A DNA stretch of 64,000 nucleotides from an uncultured Gemmatimonadaceae bacterium (GCA_964580055.1 CAZOJI010000003.1:35511-99510); one strand, 5' to 3'; numbered from the stretch's first letter, positions 45,952 to 57,592 are shown. The notes: generated from the letters alone by a model not told the origin. Translations and numbers: made by a program.

Positions 45952-46707
45952 TCACTGCCGCGAAGTGAGGATGCGTGGCCCTTCGGGCGTCATCAAGACA
46001 GTGTGTTCAAAGTGCGCCGAAAGCGAACCGTCAGCCGTTACAATAGTCCAATTGTCGTCCAGGGTCCTGGTCTCCGCACCACCGGCGTTGACCATAGGCT
46101 CGATCGCGAGGGTCATGCCGGCAACCAGACGAGCGCCTCGTTTGGGCAGCCCAAAGTTCGGGACCTGGGGTTCCTCGTGGAACTTCGCGCCAATCCCGTG
46201 TCCGACTAGATCTCGGACAATGCTGAATCCGGCACCTTCGGCCACCTCCTGCACCGCGTGACCGATGTCTCCAACGTGATTGTCCACAGTTGCGGCACTT
46301 ATACCAGCTTGGAGCGCCTGGTCGGTCGTGTCAAGCAGCTGTTCCGTGTCATCCGAGATCTCACCCACTGCCACAGTCATCGCCGAGTCGGCGTGTAGAC
46401 CGTCCAAGAAAACGCCACAATCGATGCTCAGAATGTCTCCAGCCTCGAGAACGCGGCCCTTGGAGGGAATGCCGTGAACGATCTCGTTGTTGATCGAAGT
46501 ACACAGAGATTTCGGAAATCCGTACAGCCCTTTGAATGACGGCTTCGCTCCCGAATGACTGCGAATGAACTCCTCGGCCAGTCCGTCTAGTTCCGCCGTA
46601 TTCACGCCAGGTGAGACCCTCTTCGTCACCATGACCAGAGTGTTGGCCAAGATCTTACCAGCCGCGGCCATTGCATCGATCTCACGAGTTGATTTGATCG
46701 TGATCAT
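45952..46707 (-). CDS. map: Type I methionine aminopeptidase
   Basis: MITIKSTREIDAM...VHGIPS...DCGV...GHGIG..FHE. Confidence 0.9.
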   Translation of the reverse strand: MITIKSTREIDAMAAAGKILANTLVMVTKRVSPGVNTAELDGLAEEFIRSHSGAKPSFKGLYGFPKSLCTSINNEIVHGIPSKGRVLEAGDILSIDCGVFLDGLHADSAMTVAVGEISDDTEQLLDTTDQALQAGISAATVDNHVGDIGHAVQEVAEGAGFSIVRDLVGHGIGAKFHEEPQVPNFGLPKRGARLVAGMTLAIEPMVNAGGAETRTLDDNWTIVTADGSLSAHFEHTVLMTPEGPRILTSRQ

Positions 46708-46884
46708 GATCCGGGATTCTCCGGCGGAACTTCAACTCCGAGTGTCAACCATGTGAAGTGTGAGATTGAAAGCACAGAGCGCACGCCCCCCGACAGGGAG
46801 ACGTATCTCAGACCGAGGAGGGTTTGGGGGGGCAAACTCATGTTCAAGCGCATTTCCCGCCATGCGAGTGGCCGCGGGCGACGA

Positions 46885-48195
46885 CTACATGTAACGCCGT
46901 CTACCGCGGAATTTGACTCGGCCGTGCTTCATGAAGTCATCGTAATGACGCAGCTGTGCGTGTTGTTGCACCTGCACCCAGGTGTCGAGCGCTACGCCCA
47001 CTACGATCAGGAGTGCCGTTCCACCAAAATGGAATGGAACGTTGAACGTGTTGAATACGAAGAACGGCAACAGTGCTATAAGAGTTAGGAAAACGGAGCC
47101 AGGCAGCGTCACGCGAGTCAAAACTTCATCGATGTAGTCGGCTGTAGCCGCACCGGGCCTAACTCCCGGAATGAAACCGCCTTGTTTCTTGAGATTCTCC
47201 GCGATATCCACTGGGTTGAAAATGATGGACGTGTAAAAATAGGTAAAAAAGATTATCAACAGTGCATACGACGTGTAGTAAACACCGGTCCCCGGACGAA
47301 ACGCATCTGACATGGCGCGCAACCATGGGAGATCACTGAACACGGCTACAGTGCCCGGAACGATTATTAGGGCCTGCGCGAAGATGATCGGCATGACGCC
47401 GGCCGAGTTGATCCGGATTGGTATGAAAGTTTTCTGCCCTTCACGTATTCTGCCACGTCCCATGACCTTGCGCGGTATCTGAATGGGAATCCTACGTGCC
47501 GCAACCGTGACCGCCACAACACCCGCTATTATGCCGACCATTACTGCACCCAGCACGAGTAGCTTGGGGAAGTTGATCACTCCCGTCTGTAAAAAGTCTA
47601 TGGTTCGGAAGATGCCGGGCCACATACCTTCCATGATCGAGAAGAAGATCAGGAGGCTCATGCCGTTGCCGATGCCACGCTCCGTGATCTGCTCTCCCAG
47701 CCACATGACTAGCACTGCACCCGTGGTCAGAGTCAAGACAGTCAACATACGGAACCCGAGACCCGGGAACGTCACAGCTCCCTGTCCTTCAGCGAACATG
47801 GCGAAGCTGTAAGCCTGACCCAGTGATAGGACAACGGTCAGGTACCTTGTCCACTGGGTGATCTTCTTTCGGCCCTCCTCTTCTTTTTGCAGCTTCTCCA
47901 CCATCGGGAACACCGCGCCGGCCAGCTGGAACATGATCGATGCCGAGATATAGGGCATGATGCCCAGAGCCAACACGGTTGCCCGTGACAGTCCGCCCCC
48001 AACGAACATGTCGTATACGCCGAATAGCGTTTGTCCAGCCTGATTGCGAATGAAATCTGCGAGGACCTGCACATCCACACCCGGCGTTGCGACGTGGGCG
48101 CCGCCTCTGTATATGGCGAGGACCATGAGCGTGAAGAGGAGCTTCTCTTTAAGCTCAGGAACTGCAAAGAGATTGGGAATACGCGGTGCCGTCAT
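46885..48195 (-). CDS. secY: Preprotein translocase subunit SecY
   Basis: 436-aa polytopic protein: GIMPYISASI...QWTRYLTV...GNGMSLLIF. Confidence 0.92.
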   Translation of the reverse strand: MTAPRIPNLFAVPELKEKLLFTLMVLAIYRGGAHVATPGVDVQVLADFIRNQAGQTLFGVYDMFVGGGLSRATVLALGIMPYISASIMFQLAGAVFPMVEKLQKEEEGRKKITQWTRYLTVVLSLGQAYSFAMFAEGQGAVTFPGLGFRMLTVLTLTTGAVLVMWLGEQITERGIGNGMSLLIFFSIMEGMWPGIFRTIDFLQTGVINFPKLLVLGAVMVGIIAGVVAVTVAARRIPIQIPRKVMGRGRIREGQKTFIPIRINSAGVMPIIFAQALIIVPGTVAVFSDLPWLRAMSDAFRPGTGVYYTSYALLIIFFTYFYTSIIFNPVDIAENLKKQGGFIPGVRPGAATADYIDEVLTRVTLPGSVFLTLIALLPFFVFNTFNVPFHFGGTALLIVVGVALDTWVQVQQHAQLRHYDDFMKHGRVKFRGRRRYM

Positions 48196-48198
48196 CTC

Positions 48199-48651
48199 TT
48201 AGGCCTCGATGCGGCCGCCGGCCTGTTCGATTTTAGATTGGGCGGTCTTGGATACGAGACACGACTTGATGGTGAGCGCACGCTCAATGTCACCCGTTCC
48301 GAGGATCTTCACCGGCCGTTTCACTGTACTGACCAAGCCAGCCTCCAAGAGAACCGCGGGTGTAACAACATCTTCGGAAACATCCTCCAAATCGCGAAGG
48401 TTTACGACTTGGTTCGGGACGCGAAACGGATTGGTGAACCCCCTCTTCGGCACTCGCCTGATCAAAGGCATCTGGCCACCCTCGAATCCAGGGCGTACAT
48501 TCCCGCTCGTTCGCGACCGCTGTCCCTTGTGACCCCGACCGGAAGTTTTGCCGAGGTTCGAGCCTCGTCCTCGGCCTTTTCGTTTGGGTTGCTTGTTCGC
48601 CCCGGCTGGGGCCTTCAGGTTATGCAATCCTAGTTTAGGCGTCTCAGCCAT
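48199..48651 (-). CDS. rplO: 50S ribosomal protein L15
   Basis: [20 protein letters not shown]...[10 protein letters not shown]...[11 protein letters not shown] 48649-48651 is preceded by GAGGA. Confidence 0.9.
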   Translation of the reverse strand: MAETPKLGLHNLKAPAGANKQPKRKGRGRGSNLGKTSGRGHKGQRSRTSGNVRPGFEGGQMPLIRRVPKRGFTNPFRVPNQVVNLRDLEDVSEDVVTPAVLLEAGLVSTVKRPVKILGTGDIERALTIKSCLVSKTAQSKIEQAGGRIEA

Positions 48652-48961
48652 TTGAATCCTCGGGCGTGACACTGACTAGATAATGAACGCTCCGCAGCAT
48701 CCCTCTGATCGATGGGTTGTCGGTCACCACCACCTCGTCCTGATGATGTTTCAGCCCCAAGGCAATGAGAGTGCGCCTCATGCGCCATGGATGCCGGATA
48801 CCCGACCTCACCTGACGAACGCGGAGGCGTTGTGCTTTCGCCGCCTTCTTCTTCGGCTTCGTCTTTGCGGTCTTTTTCGTGGCCGTCCCTTCAGTGACGG
48901 AATCCCTATCCTGGTCCTCTTCGTCCCCAGCGTCTACTTCTTTCATGGGCTCACTGGACAT
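48644..48961 (-). CDS. rpmD: 50S ribosomal protein L30 with ~43-aa charged N-terminal extension
   Basis: Core [53 protein letters not shown]. It is preceded in frame by [43 protein letters not shown]. Confidence 0.85.
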   Translation of the reverse strand: MSSEPMKEVDAGDEEDQDRDSVTEGTATKKTAKTKPKKKAAKAQRLRVRQVRSGIRHPWRMRRTLIALGLKHHQDEVVVTDNPSIRGMLRSVHYLVSVTPEDSNG

Positions 48962-49517
48962 TCTCCGTCTCCTTCTCGCGCTGTCTGGGCCGGTAATCTA
49001 TCTCGGAAACGTCCATCCGGCGCTCCCTCGCGATTATGTCCGGTGTTATCAGGCGGTGAAGGCCATCCACTGTCGCCCATACCACATTGAGCGCATTCGG
49101 CGATCCGAGCGACTTGGTGAGGATATCAGTAATGCCCGCGCACTCGAGAACCGCTCTCACAGGTCCTCCTGCGATAACTCCGGTTCCTGACGAGGCAGGC
49201 TTGAGGAGCACTCTCCCGGCACCATGCCTACCGATTATCTCATGGGGAATCGTTGTACCGGCCAAAGGGATCTCTCGCATATTGCGTCTTGCTGCATCGA
49301 CCGCCTTTCGCACAGTCTCAGACACTTCATTGGCTTTTCCCATGCCCACGCCGAGGTTGCCAGCACCATCGCCTACCGCCACGAGTGCGTTGAAGGAGAA
49401 TCGGCGACCACCCTTTACCACCTTGGCAACGCGGTTGATCGCTATCACGTTTTCGACGAACTCCGACTCTTGCTCGCGCTTCTCCCGCCTTGCACCGCGT
49501 CCTTTGTCTTGTGCCAT
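48951..49517 (-). CDS. rpsE: 30S ribosomal protein S5
   Basis: [23 protein letters not shown]...[10 protein letters not shown]. Start at the internal ATG (MAQDKGRG), 4 nt after the rplR stop. Confidence 0.9.
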   Translation of the reverse strand: MAQDKGRGARREKREQESEFVENVIAINRVAKVVKGGRRFSFNALVAVGDGAGNLGVGMGKANEVSETVRKAVDAARRNMREIPLAGTTIPHEIIGRHGAGRVLLKPASSGTGVIAGGPVRAVLECAGITDILTKSLGSPNALNVVWATVDGLHRLITPDIIARERRMDVSEIDYRPRQREKETENVQ

Positions 49518-49521
49518 ATTC

Positions 49522-49893
49522 CTAAAACTCCAATCCGCCGTCGCGAGCGCCTTCGGCAACTGCCTTCACACGTCCATGATAGAGGTACCCTCCCCTATCG
49601 AATACGGCTCGTGAGATTCCGAGTTCTTTGGCACGCGCAGCGATAGACTTGCCGACGGCGAAGGCTGCCCCGACCTTGCCCTCCCCTTCCGGCTTCAAAT
49701 CTGGAGACAGGTCGCTCGCACCCGCCAGAGTATGCCCGGTCTCGTCGTCGATGAGCTGAGCGTAAGTGTGCTTGAGCGACCGAAAGACAACTATCCTGGG
49801 ACGTTCGCTGGAACCGTTGATCTTCCTTCGTACGCGCAGATGTCGCCTATAACGACGGTCACGTTGTGTTTTTGGCCTCCTGATCGACCTCAT
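49522..49893 (-). CDS. rplR: 50S ribosomal protein L18
   Basis: [34 protein letters not shown]...[14 protein letters not shown]. Confidence 0.92.
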   Translation of the reverse strand: MRSIRRPKTQRDRRYRRHLRVRRKINGSSERPRIVVFRSLKHTYAQLIDDETGHTLAGASDLSPDLKPEGEGKVGAAFAVGKSIAARAKELGISRAVFDRGGYLYHGRVKAVAEGARDGGLEF

Positions 49894-50432
49894 GCTTTCG
49901 CTCCCGTCTTGCCTGCCTTGCGGCGGACATACTCGCCTTCGTAGCGAATCCCCTTGCCCTTGTACGGCTCGGGGGGACGCACTTTGCGAATCTCTGCGGC
50001 GGCCTGACCGACGGACTCCTTATCGATTCCCTCAACCTTGACTTTGGTCGGTGCTTCAACCAACACGGCAACGCCCTTCGGCGGCGAGTAGTCCACTGGA
50101 TGTGAGTACCCTACAAGGAGCCGGATACCGGAATCCGTGGCCTCGGCTCGATAGCCTACACCCTGTATCTCCAATATCTTGCTGAACCCGGAGGTCACTC
50201 CACCAACCATGTTGTTGAGCAGACTCCGCGTAAGTCCGTGTAGTGCGCGGTGACGCTTCTGATCCGATGGCCGGGTAACGACAATTCGATCGTCTTCGAT
50301 CCCGATGATCATCTCGGGATGGAGTGTTCGGTTCAGCTCCCCCTTGGGCCCCTTCACCGTGACGTGCGAGCCATCGAGTGTTACAGTCACTCCTGCGGGA
50401 ATCGCCACCGGCAACTTTCCGATTCGAGACAT
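49890..50432 (-). CDS. rplF: 50S ribosomal protein L6
   Basis: [31 protein letters not shown]. Confidence 0.92.
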   Translation of the reverse strand: MSRIGKLPVAIPAGVTVTLDGSHVTVKGPKGELNRTLHPEMIIGIEDDRIVVTRPSDQKRHRALHGLTRSLLNNMVGGVTSGFSKILEIQGVGYRAEATDSGIRLLVGYSHPVDYSPPKGVAVLVEAPTKVKVEGIDKESVGQAAAEIRKVRPPEPYKGKGIRYEGEYVRRKAGKTGAKA

Positions 50433-50441
50433 AACGGCCTC

Positions 50442-50837
50442 CTACCAGACTACTGCCACGAGTTCGCCGCCTACCCTGGCGCGGCGAGCGTCGCGGTCGC
50501 TCATGACACCCTGAGGCGTCGAGAGAATCGCCATTCCCAAACCGTTCTTGACGCGTGGGATTTCTTTGAGCTTGACGTACCGACGCAACCCCGGCCTCGA
50601 CACGCGTCTCACTTCACGTATGACAGATTCATCATCGTGGTACATCAAGAAGATGCGCAATCGCCCGTGAGCACCATCGTCCAGTACCTTGAAGTCTTTA
50701 ATGTAATGGTTCTCACGCAGCAGTCGCGCGATCTCTGTCTTGAAATTCGACACCGGTATGTCCACTCGCTTGTGCCCCGCCCTACCGGCGTTGCGGATGC
50801 GAGTCAGCATATCGGCGACTGGGTCAGTCATACTCAT
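50442..50837 (-). CDS. rpsH: 30S ribosomal protein S8
   Basis: [17 protein letters not shown]. The internal ATG at 50835-50837 was chosen; the ORF-track extension overlaps rpsN. Confidence 0.9.
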   Translation of the reverse strand: MSMTDPVADMLTRIRNAGRAGHKRVDIPVSNFKTEIARLLRENHYIKDFKVLDDGAHGRLRIFLMYHDDESVIREVRRVSRPGLRRYVKLKEIPRVKNGLGMAILSTPQGVMSDRDARRARVGGELVAVVW

Positions 50838-50856
50838 ATGGTCGGACCCGGCCCTT

Positions 50857-51042
50857 TCACCAGCTGGCTTTGCGGACTCCGGGGATCTCACCCCGAAGAG
50901 CCAATTCTCTGAAACAGATTCGGCACACGCCGAACTTCCTGAGATATCCTCGACGCCTACCACAGCGCTGGCATCGATTGTATCTTCGCACGTCGAAACG
51001 CGGTTTACGTTTCGCCTTCTCAACGAGGCACTTCTTCGCCAT
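50857..51042 (-). CDS. rpsN: 30S ribosomal protein S14, zinc-binding type Z
   Basis: 61 aa: [38 protein letters not shown]. Confidence 0.92.
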   Translation of the reverse strand: MAKKCLVEKAKRKPRFDVRRYNRCQRCGRRRGYLRKFGVCRICFRELALRGEIPGVRKASW

Positions 51043-51053
51043 TGGAGCGTCCC

Positions 51054-51698
51054 CTATCCAATCTGTACTGTAGTCAGACCACGGAAGGGCATACCTAGTT
51101 CTCGCAGCAGTGCCAAACCGACGTCATCCTTGTCAGCCGTAGTGACAAATGTGATATCCATCCCGTGAATCTTCTCGACCTTGTCGTAGTCGATCTCTGG
51201 GAATACCATCTGTTCCTTGATGCCAACCGAGTAGTTTCCGCGTCCATCCATCGAGTTGGTCGAAAACCCGCGGAAATCCCGGATTCTGGGCACAGTAACG
51301 CTTATGAACCTGTCGAGAAACTCCCACATTTTCGGACCGCGCAGCGTAACGGTTGCTCCGACAGGCATCCCTGTGCGTAGAGAGAAGTTCGAAATCGCCT
51401 TCTTGGCGCGCGTAACGACCGGTCGCTGTCCGGCAATGACTGCCAATTCGGATACAACCGCATCCAGCTGCTTGGGATTCTTTTGCGCATCGCCAAGCCC
51501 GACGTTCAGAGTGATCTTAACGAGCCGAGGAGCCTCGTGCGGGTTCTCGAAACCGAACTCCTTCGACAACTTCGGACACACCGTCCTCTTGTAATACTCG
51601 AAGAGACGTGGCGGCGGCGCTGGTTCACTCGTCTGAGTCTCTGCAGCCTCGGTGTCTTCCGGTTGCTTCTTGTTCTTCGATTTTGCCATACTGTTCAC
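51054..51698 (-). CDS. rplE: 50S ribosomal protein L5 with ~30-aa N-terminal extension
   Basis: Core [10 protein letters not shown]...[15 protein letters not shown]. It is preceded by [30 protein letters not shown]. The start overlaps the rplX stop. Confidence 0.88.
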   Translation of the reverse strand: MNSMAKSKNKKQPEDTEAAETQTSEPAPPPRLFEYYKRTVCPKLSKEFGFENPHEAPRLVKITLNVGLGDAQKNPKQLDAVVSELAVIAGQRPVVTRAKKAISNFSLRTGMPVGATVTLRGPKMWEFLDRFISVTVPRIRDFRGFSTNSMDGRGNYSVGIKEQMVFPEIDYDKVEKIHGMDITFVTTADKDDVGLALLRELGMPFRGLTTVQIG

Positions 51699-52075
51699 CG
51701 GTTCCGGGGAATCGGTTGCTCTGATTTCTTACTCAGCCTCTCAACCGTCCCATCTTTGTCCTTCTGGCGGCGTACCCTGGTCGGTTCACCCGTCTTCGGA
51801 TCGAGCAGCATCACATTTGAAGCGTCAATCGGCGCCGGGTAGTGGATGATGCCTCCGTCGTCCTGGCCCGAATCGCGCTTGTGCTTAGTGATAACGTTTA
51901 CATCCTCGACCACGACTTTGCCTTTCTTGGGAAGTACTCTGATGACGGTGCCTTCGGTGCCCGCATCTTCACCCGTCATTACACGAACTCGGTCTCCTCT
52001 GGTGATCACCATCTTCTGTCGCTTAGCCGAACCCGCCCCCTGGGCGCTTCTGGTCATGCTTCGCCTGCCTCGCAT
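51695..52075 (-). CDS. rplX: 50S ribosomal protein L24
   Basis: KOW motif ITRGDRVRVMTGEDAGTEGTVIRV. The start is uncertain between M1, M7 and M22. Confidence 0.88.
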   Translation of the reverse strand: MRGRRSMTRSAQGAGSAKRQKMVITRGDRVRVMTGEDAGTEGTVIRVLPKKGKVVVEDVNVITKHKRDSGQDDGGIIHYPAPIDASNVMLLDPKTGEPTRVRRQKDKDGTVERLSKKSEQPIPRNR

Positions 52076-52078
52076 CTT

Positions 52079-52447
52079 CTAGAGCACCTCCGGCGCGAGC
52101 GACACGATCTTCATGAACCGCTTCTCGCGCAGCTCTCGACCCACGGGCCCGAATATTCGGGTCGCCCGGGGCTCGCGAGCATCGTTGATCAGGACTGCTG
52201 CGTTGTCGTCAAACCGGATATAGCTACCGTCCTTGCGGCGGGTCTCCTTTGCAGTCCTCACAATCACGGCTCTCACCACATCACCGCGTTTCACCTGCCC
52301 CGAAGGCAGGGCGTCCTTGATAGTAACGACGACTATGTCGCCGAGACCGGCATACCGTCGCCGGCTGCCACCCAACACCCGAACCACCAACGCCTTCTTG
52401 GCACCGGAGTTGTCGGCAATCTTGAGCATCGATTCCTGTTGGACCAC
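52079..52447 (-). CDS. rplN: 50S ribosomal protein L14
   Basis: [28 protein letters not shown]. Confidence 0.95.
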   Translation of the reverse strand: MVQQESMLKIADNSGAKKALVVRVLGGSRRRYAGLGDIVVVTIKDALPSGQVKRGDVVRAVIVRTAKETRRKDGSYIRFDDNAAVLINDAREPRATRIFGPVGRELREKRFMKIVSLAPEVL

Positions 52448-52458
52448 AGACGTCCTCC

Positions 52459-52725
52459 CTACTCGGCTCGCGTCACGACTTCGACGACCCGCCAGCGCTT
52501 CGTCTTAGACAGAGGACGCGTTTCCATGATGCGAACGGTGTCACCCGCCCTGGCGTCGTACTCGTCGTGGGCGCTCACGTTCTTGGTTCGCGTAATCCGC
52601 TTGCCATAAAGCGCGTGCGCGAACCGGCGTGTGAGCTTGACCACTACCGTTTTGTCCATCCTGTCGCTGACTACAATGCCCGTCCGCACCTTTCGTTGTG
52701 CACGGGTGTTTGTGTCCTGACTCAT
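52459..52725 (-). CDS. rpsQ: 30S ribosomal protein S17
   Basis: [31 protein letters not shown]. Confidence 0.93.
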   Translation of the reverse strand: MSQDTNTRAQRKVRTGIVVSDRMDKTVVVKLTRRFAHALYGKRITRTKNVSAHDEYDARAGDTVRIMETRPLSKTKRWRVVEVVTRAE

Positions 52726-52943
52726 GGCTCCGTCCTCTCGCGGAGTATCGTCATCATGCGTGCCAAATTGCGGCGCATCACCCTGAACTGAAGCGGGTTG
52801 TCGACGGTCTCAGTTGCGGATCTGAATTTCAAGCGGAACTGAGCTTCCTTGAGGCGTTCGATCTCCTCTTGCAGTTCCGCTGTCTCGAGCTCTCGTAGCT
52901 GTGCAGGCTCGAGCGGTCTGTGTTCTGCATCCTTCAACGCCAT
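52722..52943 (-). CDS. rpmC: 50S ribosomal protein L29
   Basis: 73 aa: [25 protein letters not shown]. Sits between rplP and rpsQ. Confidence 0.9.
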   Translation of the reverse strand: MALKDAEHRPLEPAQLRELETAELQEEIERLKEAQFRLKFRSATETVDNPLQFRVMRRNLARMMTILRERTEP

Positions 52944-52946
52944 AGC

Positions 52947-53360
52947 TCAGACAACCTCTCGCTTCACGAATCTCGTGCTCACGGGCAACTTCGCGGAGGC
53001 AAGATCGAGTCCTCTACGAGCGAGTTGCTCAGGTACTCCCTCCACCTCGAACATGACTCTGCCCGGTTTCACCACTGCAACCCAATACTCGGGATTACCC
53101 TTGCCCTTACCCATCCTGGTTTCCGCAGGCTTCTTGGTTAGAGGCTTGTCTGGGAATATCCTGATCCACACCTTTCCGCCTCGTTTCATTGTACGTGTCA
53201 GCGCGACACGCGCAGCTTCAATCTGCCGATTCGTAACCCAACCTGCAGTCATGGCCATCAAACCGTAGTTCCCAAAACTCACCGTGTTGCCCCGGTGCGC
53301 CTTGCCTCGGTTGCGTCCCTTCATCTGCTTACGGTACTTCACCCGCTTTGGAGCCAGCAT
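52947..53360 (-). CDS. rplP: 50S ribosomal protein L16
   Basis: [27 protein letters not shown]. Confidence 0.95.
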   Translation of the reverse strand: MLAPKRVKYRKQMKGRNRGKAHRGNTVSFGNYGLMAMTAGWVTNRQIEAARVALTRTMKRGGKVWIRIFPDKPLTKKPAETRMGKGKGNPEYWVAVVKPGRVMFEVEGVPEQLARRGLDLASAKLPVSTRFVKREVV

Positions 53361-53362
53361 GG

Positions 53363-54022
53363 TTATGCTCCTGTGCTGTAGGTACGGCCGCGAGTATCTT
53401 CCACGACCTCACCCATGAATATCCAGACCTTGACTCCTATTGCTCCTGCTGTCGTTCGAGCCGTGGCCGTAGCGTAGCTAACATTGGCACGGAGTGTATG
53501 GAGTGGCACCCGCCCTTCATGAAAGCTCTGCACGCGCGCAATCTCAGCTCCTCCCAAACGTCCGCCACACTTGATCTTTATTCCCTTCGCCCCCATGCGC
53601 ATAGCGCTCTGGATCGAACGCTTCATGGCACGCCTGTAAGCGATACGCTGACCAAGCTGATGAGCTACGCTGTTCGCAACCAACTGGGCATCCAATTCCG
53701 GACGCTTGATCTCCTCGACGTTGATACCAACCTCTTTGTTCGTCAGTTGGTTCAATTCGTCCCGAAGCTTGTCGACCTCGGCGCCACGCTTGCCAATCAC
53801 TACTCCTGGACGACCAGTGAAGATCGTGACCGATACCTTTCCGGGCTTGCGCTCGACGTGCACCTCCGAAATGGCGGCATGCGCGAGCCTAGATGTGAGG
53901 TACTTGCGAATCAATTCGTCTTCTCTCAAAAGCTCCGGAAAATCACTGCCAGCATACCAGCGTGACCTCCATGGCTTGACTATGCCAAGCCGGAACCCGT
54001 AGGGATGGGTTTTTTGGCCCAC
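53363..54022 (-). CDS. rpsC: 30S ribosomal protein S3
   Basis: [24 protein letters not shown]. Confidence 0.95.
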   Translation of the reverse strand: MGQKTHPYGFRLGIVKPWRSRWYAGSDFPELLREDELIRKYLTSRLAHAAISEVHVERKPGKVSVTIFTGRPGVVIGKRGAEVDKLRDELNQLTNKEVGINVEEIKRPELDAQLVANSVAHQLGQRIAYRRAMKRSIQSAMRMGAKGIKIKCGGRLGGAEIARVQSFHEGRVPLHTLRANVSYATATARTTAGAIGVKVWIFMGEVVEDTRGRTYSTGA

Positions 54023-54378
54023 TACTCTTCCTCCTTGACGCCCACGGCTATTTCCACGTGGCTAGTACGCTTTCGAATCGGCGCCGCCCGCCCCAAAGCG
54101 GCGGCTCTATAGCGCCACAAGGTCGGCCCGCCGTTGACTACGGCCGATTTGACATAGAGTCGATCCACATCGAACGCGTCGTTGTTGTGCAGCGCGTCCT
54201 GTTCAGCGTTAGAAACCGCTGAGCGCAGTATCTTCTCAATCTGTTTCGCTGCTCTTTTCTTGGAATACTTCAGCAGAGCGTAAGCTTCATTTACGTCTCT
54301 GCCACGAATCGTATCGACCACCAATCGCATCTTCCGTGGCGATTGGCGAATGTGACGTTGAATTGCTCTTGCCGACAT
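54022..54378 (-). CDS. rplV: 50S ribosomal protein L22
   Basis: [32 protein letters not shown]. Start at the internal ATG, 10 nt after the rpsS stop. Confidence 0.9.
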   Translation of the reverse strand: MSARAIQRHIRQSPRKMRLVVDTIRGRDVNEAYALLKYSKKRAAKQIEKILRSAVSNAEQDALHNNDAFDVDRLYVKSAVVNGGPTLWRYRAAALGRAAPIRKRTSHVEIAVGVKEEE

Positions 54379-54388
54379 ACGTGACCGC

Positions 54389-54676
54389 CTAACCACCGAG
54401 CCTCTTGTCCGCGGCCAGTTTCCCGCTATGGCCACGGAAGAGACGCGTCGGAGAAAACTCCCCCAGCTTGTGCCCAACCATGTTTTCCGTGATGTAAACC
54501 GGAATGAACTTGTTGCCATTGTGAACCGCGATCGTATGCCCAACGAACTCTGGTACTATCGTGGAAGCACGTGACCAAGTCTTGAAGACACGCTTCTCAT
54601 TTCGCTCGTTGAGTCTGTTGATCTTCTCGACCAAGGCCTCCTCAACGTACGGGCCTTTCTTGATGCTCCTAGCCAT
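54389..54676 (-). CDS. rpsS: 30S ribosomal protein S19
   Basis: [13 protein letters not shown]...[22 protein letters not shown]. Confidence 0.95.
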   Translation of the reverse strand: MARSIKKGPYVEEALVEKINRLNERNEKRVFKTWSRASTIVPEFVGHTIAVHNGNKFIPVYITENMVGHKLGEFSPTRLFRGHSGKLAADKRLGG

Positions 54677-54689
54677 TAGCTCGATTCCC

Positions 54690-55529
54690 TCACTTGGTCG
54701 CCTTGCCGCGTTTGCGGCCGCGCACTATCTGCTTCGTGCTCGCTTTCTTCTTGTCGCGCGTCTTACGGCCCTCTGGCTTACCCCACGGTGTCACTGCCGG
54801 ACGGCCGCCTGCAGCACGCCCCTCACCACCACCAAGCGGATGGTCCACAGGGTTCATTGCCACACCGCGCACCTTTGGACGGCGTCCCAACCACCGTTTC
54901 TTTCCAGCCTTTCCGATTCGTATCAGTTCGTGTTCTGGATTACCGACAGACCCGACCGTCGCCAAACAGTCGGCTCGCACCATACGGACCTCGCCACTAC
55001 GGAGCTTGAGCGCAACTTTCTTTCCTTCCTTGGCAACTACCTGGGCTCCAGCTCCGGCAGAACGACACAGCTGTGCACCCTTTCCAAGCTTCATCTCGAT
55101 ACAGTGCACGGTCGTTCCGAGCGGTACCTCCGCAAGGGGCAGCGCATTGCCAGTGCGAACGTCAGAACCAGGGCCGGAGACGACCGTGTCCCCGACCTGA
55201 AGCCCTCTTGGATGCAGGACATAGGTCTTCTCACCGTCAGTGTACTGAAGCAGCGCTATCCGGGCCGTTCTATTGGGGTCGTACTCGATCTCCACTACCT
55301 TCGCGGGAACTCCGTGCTTGCGCCGTTTGAAGTCTATCTCCCTGTAGCGGCGTTTGTGTCCCCCGCCTCGGTGCCGCATGCTCAGGTGCCCGTGATGATT
55401 GCGTCCGCCGGTCTTCTTGATTGGTCTCAGTAGCGACTTCTCGGGTTTCGGTCTCGTAACCTCGGAGAAGTCGGATACCGACCTCCTGCGTGTACCGGGA
55501 CCAATTGGACGGAATTTTCGAATACCCAT
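54690..55529 (-). CDS. rplB: 50S ribosomal protein L2
   Basis: [17 protein letters not shown]...GGGHKRRYR...[13 protein letters not shown]. Confidence 0.95.
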   Translation of the reverse strand: MGIRKFRPIGPGTRRRSVSDFSEVTRPKPEKSLLRPIKKTGGRNHHGHLSMRHRGGGHKRRYREIDFKRRKHGVPAKVVEIEYDPNRTARIALLQYTDGEKTYVLHPRGLQVGDTVVSGPGSDVRTGNALPLAEVPLGTTVHCIEMKLGKGAQLCRSAGAGAQVVAKEGKKVALKLRSGEVRMVRADCLATVGSVGNPEHELIRIGKAGKKRWLGRRPKVRGVAMNPVDHPLGGGEGRAAGGRPAVTPWGKPEGRKTRDKKKASTKQIVRGRKRGKATK

Positions 55530-55533
55530 GGAT

Positions 55534-55830
55534 CTAGCCCTCAAAGATCTCTATCGTATCGCCTTCGTGCAGCGTTACGTACGCTTTCTTCCAACGCGCG
55601 CGTGTCCCGCGAGTCCGCCCCATTGAGCGCAGTCTCTTGCGCTGTTGCGCCGTGCGCACCTTCTTCACTCTCACGTCGAAAAGCCTCTCGATCGCCTCAC
55701 GAATCTGTGGTTTCGTTGCCAACGGATCCACGACGAAGGCGTATTCGCGCCGCGCGCCGTAAGCAGCTGAGGATTTCTCGGTCACGACCGGCCGTACAAC
55801 GGCACTGTAGAAATCAGGCATCTTCGCCAT
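55534..55830 (-). CDS. rplW: 50S ribosomal protein L23
   Basis: [11 protein letters not shown]...[26 protein letters not shown]. Confidence 0.92.
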   Translation of the reverse strand: MAKMPDFYSAVVRPVVTEKSSAAYGARREYAFVVDPLATKPQIREAIERLFDVRVKKVRTAQQRKRLRSMGRTRGTRARWKKAYVTLHEGDTIEIFEG

Positions 55831-56581
55831 CCTTGGCCTCGGAGTCGTCCTTCTGGGACTGCGGCTTCGGTTCAGTCTGCTGCTTCGATTCCCCAGGTGA
55901 TGCCGACTCCCTGGTCTTGATCGATCGCTTCATCTTGTTGCCGGCCAACGTTTCATGCGTATTACCCCGGAGAGAATGCGCGGCCAACGCGCCCTCCTCG
56001 ATCACGAGGTGGTCGGCCCACAACACATCGAGCGCCGAAGCGTCGGCGTATCGCATCACGCTCACACGAGGAATATTGTTGGCAGAACGTATGACATTGC
56101 GTTCCACTTCTGCCGTCAGTAACAGCACCTTCTTGCCCGCCAACTCGAGCTTCGTCAGCAGCTCGACCATCTGCTTGGTCTTTGGTCGATCGAATTCGAA
56201 GGCCTCAATCACGCATACGGTTCCCTCACGCGCGCGAGCGTTGAAGGCGGAGCGCCGAGCAGACTGTCGCACTTTGCGAGGTACTCTGGTACGGTAGTCG
56301 CGTGGTTGCGGCCCGAACACTATTCCACCACCGGTCCAAATAGGTGACCGGTTGGTGCCTTGGCGCGCGCGGCCGGTTCCCTTTTGCCGCCATGGCTTCC
56401 TGCTGCCACCTGCCACTTCAGCACGCGTTTTGGTCGATGCCGTACCCTGCCGCCGATTGTTGCGGAGGGCACGAATCGCCTGATAGATCACGGCCTCGTT
56501 GACCGTACCGTCAAACTCTTCGGGGAGTTTGAAGCTTCCCTTGGAGGCCGCCGCTACGGTGTAGTGTGGAGCCTCAAGCAT
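55814..56581 (-). CDS. rplD: 50S ribosomal protein L4 with ~45-aa charged C-terminal tail
   Basis: [34 protein letters not shown]. The tail reads ...[34 protein letters not shown]. Confidence 0.9.
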   Translation of the reverse strand: MLEAPHYTVAAASKGSFKLPEEFDGTVNEAVIYQAIRALRNNRRQGTASTKTRAEVAGGSRKPWRQKGTGRARQGTNRSPIWTGGGIVFGPQPRDYRTRVPRKVRQSARRSAFNARAREGTVCVIEAFEFDRPKTKQMVELLTKLELAGKKVLLLTAEVERNVIRSANNIPRVSVMRYADASALDVLWADHLVIEEGALAAHSLRGNTHETLAGNKMKRSIKTRESASPGESKQQTEPKPQSQKDDSEAKDGEDA

Positions 56582-57218
56582 ACCGACCTCCCCCTCCCTG
56601 TTTCCTCACAACCACGTAGCCGTTCGCAGGACCAGGAACTGCACCGCGCACGAACAGCAGGTTCTCGTCCGAGTCCACCTTGACCACCGGCAAACCTACC
56701 TCGGTGTGCCGCGCAGCCCCCATGTGGCCCGGCAGTCGCTTGCCCTTCAAGACTCGGGAGGGGTCCGTACCTGCTCCCATGCTTCCGGGGTTCCGATATC
56801 GAGTACTGCCGTGAGTGGCTTTGCCGCCACGAAAACCGTAGCGTTTCACGACCCCTTGAAAACCTCGCCCCTTGGTCGTACCGGTTACCTTAACGATGTC
56901 TCCTGGTGCGAAAATTTCCACCGTGACAGTGTCGCCCGCTTTTGCATCGGACTCAGCTTGCAGCGGAAGACTCCGCAGCACCTTTGGAGCCTGAGTCAAG
57001 CCAGCCTGGCTCGCATGGCCGATGAGAGCTTTCGTCGCCCTCTTGGCCTTTTGCTCGCCGAAGCCAAGTTGGACCGCTTTGCCCCCCTTAGCCCCTTCGT
57101 GTACCTGAACTACGGGACACGGCCCCGCTTGGATGACCGTCACGGGAATCACACGCCCGTCGGCCTCAAACATCCGCGTCATTCCTAGCTTTCGGCCTAT
57201 GATCCCTTGCATGTTCAC
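56574..57218 (-). CDS. rplC: 50S ribosomal protein L3
   Basis: [15 protein letters not shown]...[16 protein letters not shown]. Confidence 0.95.
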   Translation of the reverse strand: MNMQGIIGRKLGMTRMFEADGRVIPVTVIQAGPCPVVQVHEGAKGGKAVQLGFGEQKAKRATKALIGHASQAGLTQAPKVLRSLPLQAESDAKAGDTVTVEIFAPGDIVKVTGTTKGRGFQGVVKRYGFRGGKATHGSTRYRNPGSMGAGTDPSRVLKGKRLPGHMGAARHTEVGLPVVKVDSDENLLFVRGAVPGPANGYVVVRKQGGGGRYA

Positions 57219-57523
57219 TCGACCTTGATTTCGACGTCTACGCCAGCCGGCAAATCGAGCTTCGTGAGCGCGTCAACCGTCTGTGCGCGCGACTGCTTGA
57301 TTTCGATCAGACGCTTGTGCGTCTTGAGCTCGAACTGCTCGCGGCTCTTCTTGTCAACGTGCGGGCTGCGCAGCACCGTCCACCGCTGCGTCTTCGTCGG
57401 CAACGGAATCGGCCCACAGGCCTGCCCCCCGCTTTTCTCAACAGTACGCACTATGTCCGCCGCAGCCTGATCCAGCACCACGTGGTCGTACGCCTTCAGT
57501 CGAATTCGAATTTGTCCGGCCAT
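57215..57523 (-). CDS. rpsJ: 30S ribosomal protein S10
   Basis: [21 protein letters not shown]...GPIPLPT...[16 protein letters not shown]. Confidence 0.95.
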   Translation of the reverse strand: MAGQIRIRLKAYDHVVLDQAAADIVRTVEKSGGQACGPIPLPTKTQRWTVLRSPHVDKKSREQFELKTHKRLIEIKQSRAQTVDALTKLDLPAGVDVEIKVE

Positions 57524-57592
57524 TGCCGTTTACGCCTCAATTCACGTTGCTGTTCGATCGCGCTCGGCACACTTGTCTGCCATTTACGCTGT

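Noticed and set aside
46708-46884. Degraded adk between secY and map
   Set aside because: Translations of all minus frames show nothing like the GxPGxGKGT P-loop N-terminus of adenylate kinase. There is only a 43-codon ORF with no similarity.
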